Positions 1 through 11,393 of a DNA stretch of 50,153 bases are shown piece by piece; the stretch's first letter is position 1, and each line of letters starts with the position of its first letter. Source of the DNA: Octopus sinensis (lineage: Eukaryota). The notes below the pieces were generated by a model. The model did not search any database. It saw only the letters and a program-made list of their open reading frames with translations, and was not told the origin of the DNA. Both the position numbers and the translations under genes were made by a program. The DNA is taken from positions 1-50,153 of the forward strand of contig NW_021834264.1 of NCBI RefSeq assembly GCF_006345805.1. Direction: 5' to 3'.

Positions 1-211
1 TTATATACATGTGAGAGGGATGACCACTATGTGTACAACCCTTATGCTAGAAGTAGATCCGCTATGTTTTACCACTAAGAAATGTTCTCAAGAAAAATTT
101 AGCAAACACCAGAACGTAATCGAGCAAGATAAATGAAAAATAAAATAATCTATATTATCACCCAGGCCTTTCGCAATACCGTTAAAGCCAGAAACTTTTC
201 AAAACCTCCTC

Positions 212-212
<1 letters not shown>
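1..212. mobile_element. Possible Tc1/mariner-type terminal remnant
   Basis: Minus strand reads TAT-GAGGAGGTTTTGAAAAGTTTCTGGCTTT from a (TA)n run, resembling mariner TIRs from memory; no coding support. Confidence 0.25.
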
Positions 213-270
<58 letters not shown>

Positions 271-290
271 ATATATTATATATAATTAAT
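212..290. repeat. (TA)n microsatellite
   Basis: Direct reading. Confidence 0.95.
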
Positions 291-493
291 ATAGGATAAA
301 ATTTTTTCGGGAAAAAAATTTTATTCAATGGCCAGCATATTAAAAAATGCCTTTAAAGGTAAAATTTATACATAATTTTCAAGATAAGGGCAGAAGAAAA
401 ATTCTAATGCCAGATATGCCGAAACAAAAAATTGTCGATAACCATTAAATTTATGCGTCTCGAAACAAACCGATAGAAATCTCTAAAAAAATT

Positions 494-564
494 CGTTATT
501 ACCGTATTGGTCCAATTTCGGGGTTAATTCACAAGAAATTTTCCCCTCTTCAGCGGCAAAAACG
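494..564 (-). ncRNA. Type I hammerhead ribozyme, probably in a Penelope-like element terminal repeat
   Basis: Minus strand: CGTTTTTGCCG-CTGAAGA-GGGG(19 nt)CCCC-GAA-ATTGGaCCAAT-A-CGGTAATAACG. Canonical CUGANGA/GAAA core; helix I 11 positions (one G.U, one U.U); helix II GGGG/CCCC; palindromic helix III; AUA cleavage triplet, predicted cut between 505 and 504. Confidence 0.85.
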
Positions 565-603
565 CGAGATATAAATGAAATACTTACTCATATCTTGTAA
601 ATG

Positions 604-631
604 ATAGATATATATATATATGTATATATAT

Positions 632-707
<76 letters not shown>

Positions 708-720
708 GTAGGTAGGTAGG

Positions 721-782
<62 letters not shown>
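604..782. repeat. (TA)n + (TAGA)n/(TAGG)n microsatellite with no LINE inside
   Basis: Direct reading. Confidence 0.95.
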
Positions 783-1324
783 CACTTGTACACATGCGCA
801 CACAAACGCACATTCACAAATCCGATAAATATTTATCAAACATAACTGACACGTATTTTCGCTTGAAGTATTTCAGCAGTTTGAGGCGATGAAAATAAAA
901 ATATTTGTTTCTTTATCTTTCTTCTACAAAACCCGTACCCGCTTTAAATATTGAAATAAAGACATATATACGTATAGTTTTCTCCGCACGAATTCATGTT
1001 TCTAACAGCTAATTTTACAATAAAGAGTATGATGCCATCAGCGTATGATTGGATAGTGGACGTGCAATATACGTTTACTAATTACATACAAACCAGTGAA
1101 GCGGAAAGTAAAATCGAAAATATAGGAATGCTTTGAAAATGTCGATAAATACTCAACGAATTTTTCTATTCGAAAACGCATCTTAAAGATCCTTAAGATT
1201 TCTGGAAATTTCTTGTTAAAAAGCCTACATTTAATATCAACTTATAAAGAAAGATTGTTATATTTATTCAATAAATTGATTGTACACGTGTACACAAAAC
1301 ACACACACACGCGTACACACACAT

Positions 1325-1830
1325 TTATTACTTGTTTTAGTCTTTGGACTGCGGCCATGCCGAAGCACTACCTTGTAGTATTTAGTTGAACAAATCGACC
1401 CCAGTACTTATTATTTATTTTTTTTAGTGAGATAAAGTTGTGGCGCGAAAGAGTCGGCAGAAGTTCGCCATTACCTTCTGCCGGAGCCGCGTGGAGCTTA
1501 GGTGTTTTCGCTCATAAACACACGCATCGCCCGGTCCGAGATTCGAACCCGCGGTCCCTCGACCGCGAGTCCGCTGCTCTAACCACTAGGCCATGTGCCC
1601 CAGTACTTATTTTTATAGCCCAGTGTTCATTCAATCAGTCTCCTTTTGTCGAACCGCTGGGTTAAGGAGACGTAAACACACCAACACCGATTCTGAAACA
1701 GTGGTGGAGTTACAAACGTAAACACAAAGGCACATATATATATATGTACACAAACATGCTTACTCTTGTATTGATATGGGGAGGGGGCTTCTTTCAGTTT
1801 CCTCTGCCAAATCCACTCACAATGCGTTGG
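1325..1830 (-). mobile_element. SINE family A (CORE-like), interrupted by a family B SINE
   Basis: Reverse complement of the family A tail (GCATGGCCGCAGTC...GAAACAAGTAA) and body seen intact at 22791-23207. Confidence 0.85.
1413..1597 (-). mobile_element. SINE family B (tRNA-derived head) nested in family A, 14-bp TSD
   Basis: Head GCACATGGCCTAGTGGTTAGAGC...GGTTCGAATC (A/B boxes); CCCCAGTACTTATT at 1399-1412 and 1598-1611. Confidence 0.9.
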
Positions 1831-1933
1831 GACTGAATCAAACCTGTTGGACCGACAATTGCTAATAAGGTTAACGGCAAAGTTAGTTTCTCAAGTGCCA
1901 TACCGACTCATAAGGACCGGTTTCCCAGTATCA

Positions 1934-2246
1934 TATTTCTTTACTACCCACAAGGGGCTACACACAGAGGGGACAAACAAGAACAGACAAACGGATTAAG
2001 TCGATTATATCGACTCTAGTGCGGAACTGGTACTTACTTTCTCGACCCCGAAAAGATGAAAGGCGAAGTCGACCTTGGCGGAATTTGAACTCAGAGGTTG
2101 ACTTTTCCTTTCATCCTTTCGGGGTCGATTAAATAAGTACCAGTTACGCACTAGGGTCAATATAATCGACTTAATCCGTTTGTCTGTCCTTGTCTGTCCT
2201 TGTTTGTCCCCTCTATGTTTAGTCCCTTGTGGGAAATAAAGAAATA
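1934..2246. repeat. Fold-back of two SINE family C 3' halves
   Basis: 1934-2074 is the imperfect reverse complement of 2096-2246; ~21 bp spacer. Confidence 0.9.
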
Positions 2247-2248
2247 AA

Positions 2249-2480
2249 TAGCAATTCGCGCGCTTGGAAGTATCAGCGCTCAACTACCAGCATGGCTCAA
2301 AAAGGTTGGTAGAGATGTAGATAGAACATCGACAGAAATCGTTATTGTTTGGAACTGCAAAAGTTCTCAGCAGGGTTCTTGAAGGACGACCAGTAAACAA
2401 GTGTGATTGTAGTCTGCTGGCTGCGGGCAGCTGACACTTTCTGTCATACCCAGCTAAATAATCTGTTTCCATCAAATAGA
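2249..2480 (+). mobile_element. R4/Dong-clade LINE 3' end fragment
   Basis: Translates with one frameshift to IAIRALGSISAQLPAWLKKVG...IEHRQKSLLFGTAKVLSRVLE, matching the R4/Dong C-terminal pattern (GALG...QK..L.GTA.ILR.VL); short UTR then (GAT)n. Confidence 0.7.
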
Positions 2481-2495
2481 AATGGTGATGGTGGA

Positions 2496-2527
<32 letters not shown>

Positions 2528-3103
2528 CGACGACGACGATGACAGTGGTGGTGATGGTAGTGGTCGTGGTGATGGTGGTGATGCCGATGATGATGATGGT
2601 GATGATGATGATGATGATGATGATGACGATGATGATGACGGCGGTGCTATTAGTGTTGGTGGTGATGACGACAATAATGATGATGATAATGAGAATGCCG
2701 ATGATGAGTAGGATGACGATGATGATGGTGATGATGGTGATGATGATGATGACAATGATGATAACGGTGGTGGTGGTGGTGGTGGTGGTGGTGGTGGTGG
2801 TGGTGGTGGTGGTGGTGATGATGATGATGATAATGATGATGAGAATGAGAATGCCGATGATGAGTAGGATGACGGTGATGATGATGGTAATGATAATGTT
2901 GATGATGATGACGAGGACGACGACGACGACGATGATGATGATGACGGTCTGGTTGTGGTGTGGTGGTGGTGGTGGTGGTGGTGGTGGGGTGGTGGTGGTG
3001 GCGGTGACGATGGTACTGATGATGATAATGAGAATGCCGATGATGAGTAGGATGACGACGATGACGATGATGATGATGATGACGACGACGACGATGATGA
3101 TTT
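2481..3103. repeat. Compound (GAT)n/(GGT)n/(GAC)n array
   Basis: Direct reading; GAGAATGCCGATGATGAGTAGGATGACG recurs at 2691, 2847 and 3030. Confidence 0.95.
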
Positions 3104-3465
3104 TTGAACATTATCACAAGGTTACGACATTTAGTGATTTAGTGGCGACAGAAGTAAGTGTATTGAACATTAAACAGTAGACTCGTATTGATTTGCGATA
3201 GAAGTCTACTATTGGATTCAATATATTCCAGCTGTCCTCATCACCCATCCACTCCTCAGAGCAACGTCTCTAAAGACAAATTCTTTATAATTTCGTCTCG
3301 TAATTATCTGTGACTTAAATATTGGATAGAATAGATTGAAAACAAACTATACCTATATCATTTACTCTCACAAGTAGGCAAAACCACGCCAAACAGACAG
3401 ACGGTTCCGTTGAATTCACACACACACACACACACACACACACGCATACATTCTTTTTTATTGTT

Positions 3466-3812
<347 letters not shown>

Positions 3813-4598
3813 TTAAACGCAGGTGTTATTCAAATCTTTGGCGATATGAGGGCGGGCGTTGTCGTGCAGCAGAAGAACTCCATGCTGCCGATTAGGTCTT
3901 TTCTCTTGAATAACCGTGTTGAGTCGTTCCATCTGTTGAACATAGAGTTCCGCGTTGACCGTTTGTTTCCGTTCAAGAAATTCGTAATGGATAATCCCTT
4001 CTCAGTCCCACCATACGCAAAACATCGTTTTACGCGGATGAAGATCTTATTTCCCGCGTGGTGTCGCTTCGTTACTGCGGTTAAGCCATTCCTTACGCTG
4101 ATTCATATTGATGTACAGGCACCATTTTTCATCGCCAGTGACGATTCAGTAAAGAAATCGTTGCTTGTGTCCATGAGTTGAGCGGTGACGAGCAAGCAAA
4201 CCAGCGGAGATTGTGGCTCGTTGATTTTTGTTGTCACTTAAAGCATGCGGAACCCATGCTCCATACCTCTGAACCTTTCCTATCGAGTGAAGATGTTTCT
4301 CTATAGCAGTGTGGGAGCATTCCATTTCAGCTATGGCACCGTCTCCATACACAGCACAAATGTCGCGAGCAGCTTTTGCGGTCTTAGAACCTTGATTAAA
4401 AGCAAAAAGGCGGTGTCGAAAATGCTCGTTTTTCTTAATTTGACATTCCATTTTAATGATCTGAAAATAAACAAAAATTAACTAAAATTAACTAGAAACA
4501 AAAAACAAAATAGATTCCAAAATGATTCAAAAATAGAATTCTCGAGAAAATGGATTCCAAAGGTTAAAAAACGGCGGTAACTTAGTTGCCAACCCAAT
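3813..4598 (-). mobile_element. Degenerate mariner DNA transposon (5' TIR plus broken transposase)
   Basis: TA-TTGGGTTGGCAACTAAG TIR near 4580-4598; motifs WVPHAL, IVTGDEKW, LHPRKTM..WWD, HDNARPH; stops, internal deletion, 3' end lost at the (TAGA)n. Confidence 0.92.
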
Positions 4599-5156
4599 AT
4601 ATAAAGTTAAATTTTCTTATAAATTATGTTTTAAGTATACTTCTCATATAGACTGTATTAAGAAATGCTCATTGCGAACTAAATTATTACCATGTAGGAT
4701 TTCCTCATGTAGGAAACCATCTTGATGAGGGGGGAGCATTATGTTTCCGTATTTGGAATACTTAAGACACCATTTATACATTTATTGTACGCCTGAAACA
4801 GCCGTAGATGATATCATTTACCCGAATTCATCCGAATCTGAATATATTTTATCTACCTATTTACCCCAGAATTTTTATATTTTGAACTCTCATCCGACAT
4901 CTCACGTAAACATCAAATTCTTAATTGATTCGAACAGTTCCTTTTGGAATCCCTTACCTAGAATTTTCATCTCTTTATTTGTCACTCCTCCATTCGATAC
5001 CTGAACCAAACGTACATGTTGCGTAGTTTTCACATATGACTTTTACATGTAATTTTGTTCACTGATTTATAAATGTATATGTATATTTATTTCGTTGTTT
5101 GCTTACAATTATTCTTTGGAATTTGTATTGATTGCCTGGATGTGTTCATTCTATAA

Positions 5157-5157
<1 letters not shown>

Positions 5158-5220
<63 letters not shown>

Positions 5221-5341
5221 ATATATATATATATATTATATATATATATTATATATATATAGGGAGTAATATATATATATATAGGGAGTATATATATATA
5301 TATAATATAGGGAGTATATATATATATATATATATAGGGAG

Positions 5342-5372
<31 letters not shown>

Positions 5373-5376
5373 AGAG
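5158..5376. repeat. (TA)n with reiterated AGGGAGTA units
   Basis: AGGGAGTA at 5261, 5283, 5309, 5336 and AGGGAGAGTA at 5369. Confidence 0.9.
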
Positions 5377-5548
5377 TATACGAAAAAAACAAAAGACGAA
5401 GACAGGTGGTGTACAAAACAAACAGATGTATTAGTATAACGCTCAGGAATAGAAAAAGTCTTTTACGTTTCGAGCCTACGTTCTTCTACAGAAAGAGACA
5501 CAGAAAAATGCAAGGAGAGAAACAAGGAGAGAAAAAAATGCGTGTAGT
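5370..5548 (-). mobile_element. Short Penelope-type non-autonomous element with minimal hammerhead-like motif
   Basis: Second copy at 28520-28712 (+); motif TCTTT-CTGTAGA-A-GAAC gtag GCTC-GAA-ACGT-A-AAAGA at 5459-5496; (TA)n at both ends. Confidence 0.6.
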
Positions 5549-5754
5549 GGCTAACGATATATATATATATAATACCCGAAGTTTCCAGGTATTGATAACG
5601 TTCAGTCTCGCTTTCCTCATAAAAAAGTGCGCAAATCAGCCTATCACCTTTATACATTGTAGGCCTATCGATCTTGCTATGTCGATCCTGAATCCTCCAT
5701 TCGGTTTCTTTCACTGAAACCAATGACGCTGAAGAGATTTTGACCTTACTTTTT

Positions 5755-6680
5755 ATCAAGGCGCTCCATTCCTGGATATATTAATCATCAAAAGAGATAA
5801 AAACATTGAAACAGGCATTCACTACAAGCAAACAGATTCTAAGCAATACTTACTGTTCTCCTCATGCCATCACAAACACACGAAGAATAATATTCACTTT
5901 AATCTAGCAAGAAGAATCTGCACAATTGTCTCAAACTCTGAAACTCGCAATAAAAGACCACCAGGAACTGAAACAAATAATACTTAAAAGACAGTATCCA
6001 TTAAAGTAAATAGAGAACGGAATAGAAGGAGCCAAGGCAATAAATATCCAAGAACTACGATAAACGAAAAGCGCTCCAAATACATCCAATAATCTACTCT
6101 TTATTACATCACACAAAGAGGTTCACAATACAGAGGTTTACAATATCACCTACCAGAATATGCCACTACTAAGAAAAGATCCAAGAATGAAACAAGCATT
6201 CAAAATACACAAAATAATCAAACGTAAAAGACAATCAAAAGTCTGGCCGCGCCAATTGTGGGATTTGCATCAATTTTCTTGAAGACACCACATACAAATT
6301 CAAATCAGGGCACATTTTTTTCGTAAAAATCACCTTACATGCTCTTCAAGGAATTTGATATATGCTATCAAATGTCAATGACGTAATTTTGATTACATAG
6401 GTCAAACAAAGATTACTCTAAGAAATAGACTGACCATTCACCAACAATAAATACGAGACCCCAATACTAGACAGATTCCACTTGTGGACACATAGACATA
6501 TGTGCAAGAAATAAGTCCCTCAAATTCCACGTCTTCCCAATCTAGCTATGTTCAGTAAATACTAAAAATGAAGCCCGGATAAATAAAGAGAATACTTCCA
6601 TACAAATGTACAAACCCAGATTTGACAAACTTTAACAAAGTACATGCACAAATAACTATTCACACACAAATCTCATTCTG
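5755..6680 (+). pseudogene. Penelope-like element RT C-terminus + GIY-YIG endonuclease remnant
   Basis: PFLDILIIKRDKNIETGIHYKQTDSKQYLLFSSCHHKHTKNNIHFNLARRICTIVS and NLIYAIKCQ*RNFDYIGQTKITLRNRLTIH; stops and frameshifts. Confidence 0.85.
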
Positions 6681-7152
6681 CCACTTAACATGAGGAACCT
6701 ACACAGTTAACAACCTTTTACTTTAGCCACTGGAGTACATACAAATGACTCCTGTCTACTCTCCCACCAGACAGATTACTATCCTCTATCAATCCAACCT
6801 TATTCAAAATACATATTAATTTGAGCCATGGACTTCCGGTACAAATAGGGCAAGCTTCAAACACGAATCAGAAGAAAAACAGCGGCGACATAAGACAAGT
6901 CTTTCTATGTCGAATTTTTGAAAATTAGTGTAAAATGTGAAACCGGTTAAATCTTTAGGTATAATAATAAAAGTTAGTCTATTTGTATTTAATTAAAAAG
7001 TAATAATTGGTCTTAGTCAGTTGTTGTTGATCAATATTTCTCCATTTTCTGTTTACTTTAAATATAATAAAAAAATATTTTTACTATTCCCAGTGCATTT
7101 TCAATTTATATTTTTCCGATATATATATGTGCGTGTGTATGTGTATAAATGA

Positions 7153-7184
<32 letters not shown>

Positions 7185-7269
7185 TATATGTATGTATATT
7201 GATTATACTTTTACAGGAATGGTAACTGACTTCAAAGTTTATGCATGATAGCCTTCGTAGGTCTGTCCG

Positions 7270-7323
7270 ATAGAGACGGACAGAGAGACAGGCAGACAGA
7301 CAGACAGGCAGATAGACAGACAA

Positions 7324-7356
<33 letters not shown>

Positions 7357-7360
7357 AGAA

Positions 7361-7402
<42 letters not shown>

Positions 7403-7403
7403 T

Positions 7404-7447
<44 letters not shown>

Positions 7448-7485
7448 GTAGGTAGGTAGGTAGGTAGGTAGGTAGGTAGATAGAT
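7270..7485. repeat. (CAGA)n(GA)n(TAGA)n(TAGG)n array, left flank of the LINE nest
   Basis: Direct reading. Confidence 0.95.
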
Positions 7486-7903
7486 ATGTTTCTTTATTAG
7501 CCACACAGGGCTGCACACAGATAGAACAAATTACAAGGTAGAGCTTTTCTTTTGAAGGTTTAAAAAAAAAATAAATAAATAAAAATTTTAAAAATAAAAA
7601 AATAAAATAAAAATAAAATAAAAAGGAGGGGGTCGATCAAAAGGGATCGTAAAAGGAGAGAAAGAGGACAAAAAAAGGGGGGGTTAAAAAAAGGGGGAGA
7701 GGAAAAAAATTGATCAATAGGGATCGTTATCACAGAAATGTCAATATGAAGTGTAAAGGGGAGGACAGGTGAGGTTTACCCGTGGAAAGAAAAGCCTACG
7801 GAAAAGACCACGGTAACCTCGGTCAATGAAGTCACATGTTATATTTCTTTTTTTTTTTTTTTTTTTTTGCAAATAAGCAACTCTCTGTATTAATTTTTAC
7901 GGT

Positions 7904-10900
7904 TCATAGAATCATAGTCAAGGTGGCTTCGTCATTCATACGTGCCATCCTTGCTACATTCACCCATCTTTTTTTAAAACATTCACTAGACAAAACTTGC
8001 CTCTCTACTCTGACTTTTTTTCTTCAGGTGATACTTGAAGAATTGATGAGAGATTGACCAGAGAGGAAAGTGTTTGTCTCTAATCCTTTCAGACGCGTCC
8101 ACCAGATACATTCTTTCGCCATAGCCACAAGTATGATAAAAATAGCTCTTCCTTCCCGTTTGAAGGAAGGAGGCGTGACGATATTAACGATAGACTCGGC
8201 TGATAAACCGACACGTCCCACACGTGACAGCAGTCGTTCGACATAAGCCCACAGGTGGGAAATTGCTGGACACTGCACGATTGCGTGCAGAGCGGTTTCG
8301 CGTCGCTCTGCCCGCATCTCGGGCAGGTCGGCCCCGTGTTTCTCGAGCCATGCCTATAGAGCTTATCCCGAACGGGTAGCGCTTCTCGGTAGCACCGCCA
8401 GGCCAGGGATCTCTGGAAGTTGTCCATAGGTCCCGGCCCGAAAGTCGTTTGAAACAGGCGGGTCAGGTATTCCTCGTCGACGCCCAGGTTTGCCCCGAGC
8501 TCGTCGTCGTACCTCCCCTCCACTAATCCCCTATAGAATGCTTTGGTTGTGTTGAAGTCACTCAAGGTCGACCCGGGACGGCAGAGTTGCTTGAGAGCAA
8601 CGCGACACTCGCGGTGCCATTCGCCTTCTTCGGCCTCTTTTTGATCCACGACTGTAGTTCGGTCATGGAGACGAGTTGCGGGAATGCGTGCCTCACAAAC
8701 GGCGACCACACCTGTTCACCGTCGTCTACATAGAGCCGGAGATGTCGCAGTCTCAGCGCGTGTCTGCGCATCATCATCACCACGGCATGCCCAGCCCTCC
8801 TTTTAACGGGTTTGACAGCAAATGGATCGCCTGACCATCGGGACGCATCCTTTCCACAAGAAGCGGAAGAGGATGCGTTCTAGTTTGGTGATGGTAGGGT
8901 CGGGACAAGGTACGACGGTCAGGCGGTAGTAGATGATGGACGCGATGTACGCGTTCACCACCTCCGCCCGACCTTTTAGGGACAGTTTCCTCCTCTCGGC
9001 CCATTGCTGGGCGAGAGTGACCACCCTACTCGTTATCTCGTTCCAGTTCTTCTCCATTTGGAGGTCCGGCCCGAACCAGACCCGAGCAACTCAACCGGGC
9101 CGTCTGTCCAGCGTCCCACGACGGAGGTACTGGTGGACGGCATGGGCTTGCTTCTCCAGGTGCCGAGCCGCAAGCCCACTGACTTTTCCCGGTTGATTTT
9201 TGCTCCTGTCACCGCTTCGTCGTCTTTCAGTGTCTCGCCGACCCGCTCGATGTGGTCGTGGCTTGATACTATGACGGTGACGTCGTCCGCGTATGCAGAC
9301 ACGCTCGTCCCGCATCCAATTCTCGCGGGATGCCCCTCAGAGTCGCCAGCTTCCGCAGTAGTGGCTCAAGAGTCAATACGTATAGAAGCGCCGAGAGGGG
9401 GCATCCCTGACGGACCGAACGTGCAATGTCGAAGGGTCTCGATAGATGTCCATTTACGCGAATTACCGAACGGATGCCTCTGTACAAGGCAGCTATCCAG
9501 CCGCGGAAGACGGGCCCGAAACCAGCCGCTCTCAGGACTGCCTCCAAGTATCGATGGTCTACCCTATCAAAGGCTTTCGATTGATCCAAGTTGATCAGGG
9601 CCCCACCCATGCCAGGTTCGTTAACTACCCTGTCTATGATGTAGCGCATCAGATGGAGGTTGTCATGGATGCTCCGGCCCGCACGGCGCACGTTTGTGCG
9701 TTGTCGACCAGTTTCTCCATGACAAGCGCAACTTCTTGGCTAACACCTTTGTCAAAATTTTCAGGTCTGCATTGAGCAGAGTGATTGGCCTAAAGTTATC
9801 TATAATGTTTCCCTTGTTTGGATCTTTCTTCAGCAGAGTTACAGCTCCTCGACTCACAAAACCGGGTATGCTCCCGTTTTGCTGCCAGTTGGCAGTATAC
9901 CGCTGCCAAGACGTCTCCAAACAAGTCTGGCATACAATAGTAAAATTCGTAGGGTAGACCATCCAAACCCGGTGATTTGTCCCTCGAGCATTCTGCCATC
10001 GCTTCCCGCACTTCCGCCGCCGTGATGGCACCTTCGCAGCACCCTGCCTTTCTTGTCGAGAGTCGTGGCAGGCTATGTAGGTAGGCACTGAAGTCTACCC
10101 TACGTTCTTGCCCTCCACTCGTCCCGAACAGTCGGGCAAAATGCTGCTGAAAGGCCTCACACATTTTACTTGGCTCGAGCAATTCGCGCCCCTGTTCATC
10201 TACCAGTGACCGAATGGTGGCTTTGTTGCCCTGTTGCGCCTCTGCCACCCGGGCCTCTCTCGCGGCTCCAACACCTTCGTTCCTTAGAGCACGCATCCTA
10301 GCTCTGACAGCACATCCTTCGTGTTTGGCGTTGAAGTGTTGGTCGAGGGCCAACCTCGCCGCCAAAACGTCGGATGCGATGCCGCTTCTAATTGCCTCTT
10401 CTAGCTTCTTAACTAGCTCACCCTCTACTCTATTTCTATCTATGGCTAGTGCTTTGCTGTACCTAATCGCTTCTGCTTTTACTGCTCTCTTGAGGGCAAA
10501 CCACCATTTGTTGTTGATGATGGCTCCCGTCAAAGCCCTCTTTACTAGTGTGCTAATCCGGTCTCTGAAAACTTGTCTGGACGGGAATGATGCGTTTAGT
10601 TTCCACTACCCAGGACCCTGTCTATGTGCCTTATCTAAGTCTAGCGTACACGTCACCAATTTGTGATCCGTGTAGCTGACTGTGTGGAATTGTTGACATC
10701 CTAAGTTATCCTTGTCTACTGTCCTACACAGTATCCTATCTAGATACGATCTCGACGACCCACTGCGGTTGCTCCATGTCCACGTTGGTGCATTTGGGTG
10801 GTCGAGTCGGTACCTGTCAGACAGTTGGAATCGTCTGAGCAGGTCTCTGAGGCATTTGCATCCCCTTCTGTTTCTGTCTCTACCCACGTAGTCTACATGC

Positions 10901-11342
10901 GTGTCCAAGGTAGCATTCCAATCCCCCACTAAGAGTAAAGGACGAGACGTTCCCAAGAATACTTCTAGACGTCGAAAGAAATCCGCCCGACCTGTTAAGG
11001 GCGGTGCGTAGACTGATACGAGTCGAAAAGCGCACCCATTGCTGCCGTCAACATCCAGAACGATCAGTCTACCCTCCGGGTCTACGAATATCGTCTTGAC
11101 TTCGAGATCCAGGCTCTTGTGAAAAGTACCGCGGTGCCACTACCGCCCATCCTCGGCAGACAGGGAGCGAAATAAATGTTAAACTGTCCGCCAAACATGG
11201 ACTTTAGGGCCCGTGGCTCGTGGAGTCTGGTCTCACTTATGGCTATGATTCCCAAATCATGTGACTTGATGTCATTTAGGAGGTATCCTTGTTTCCAAGG
11301 AGACCCCAAGCCACGCGCATTCACACAACCAATCTTGACCAT
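7904..11342 (-). pseudogene. Copy A ORF2: AP endonuclease, reverse transcriptase, C-terminal CCHC, frameshifted as assembled
   Basis: NARGL, SETRL, VGDWN, TDHKLV; LDQSKAFDRVDH, RQGCPLS, YADD; CPRCGQSD...H...C. Confidence 0.93.
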
Positions 11343-11393
11343 GATTCTATTGGGTGTGTGCTTTAAAACACAAATGAAAGTACAGAGAGTTAC

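Noticed and set aside
550-839. ORFs rich in LSIY/YLPT, poly-I, poly-L, poly-M or poly-H (also 2482-3180, 7084-7518, 18532-19271, 30615-31097)
   Set aside because: Translations of microsatellites that lack stops in some frames.
1560-1597. tRNA-like sequences here and at 23830, 33210, 50040
   Set aside because: A/B boxes run straight into SINE bodies with no complete cloverleaf.
4741-5004. 87-aa ORF
   Set aside because: No recognisable motif on either strand; length is within chance expectation.
5729-5760. CTGAAGA cores here, at ~24106 and ~38275 (-)
   Set aside because: No helix II plus GAAA plus cleavage-site arrangement could be completed.
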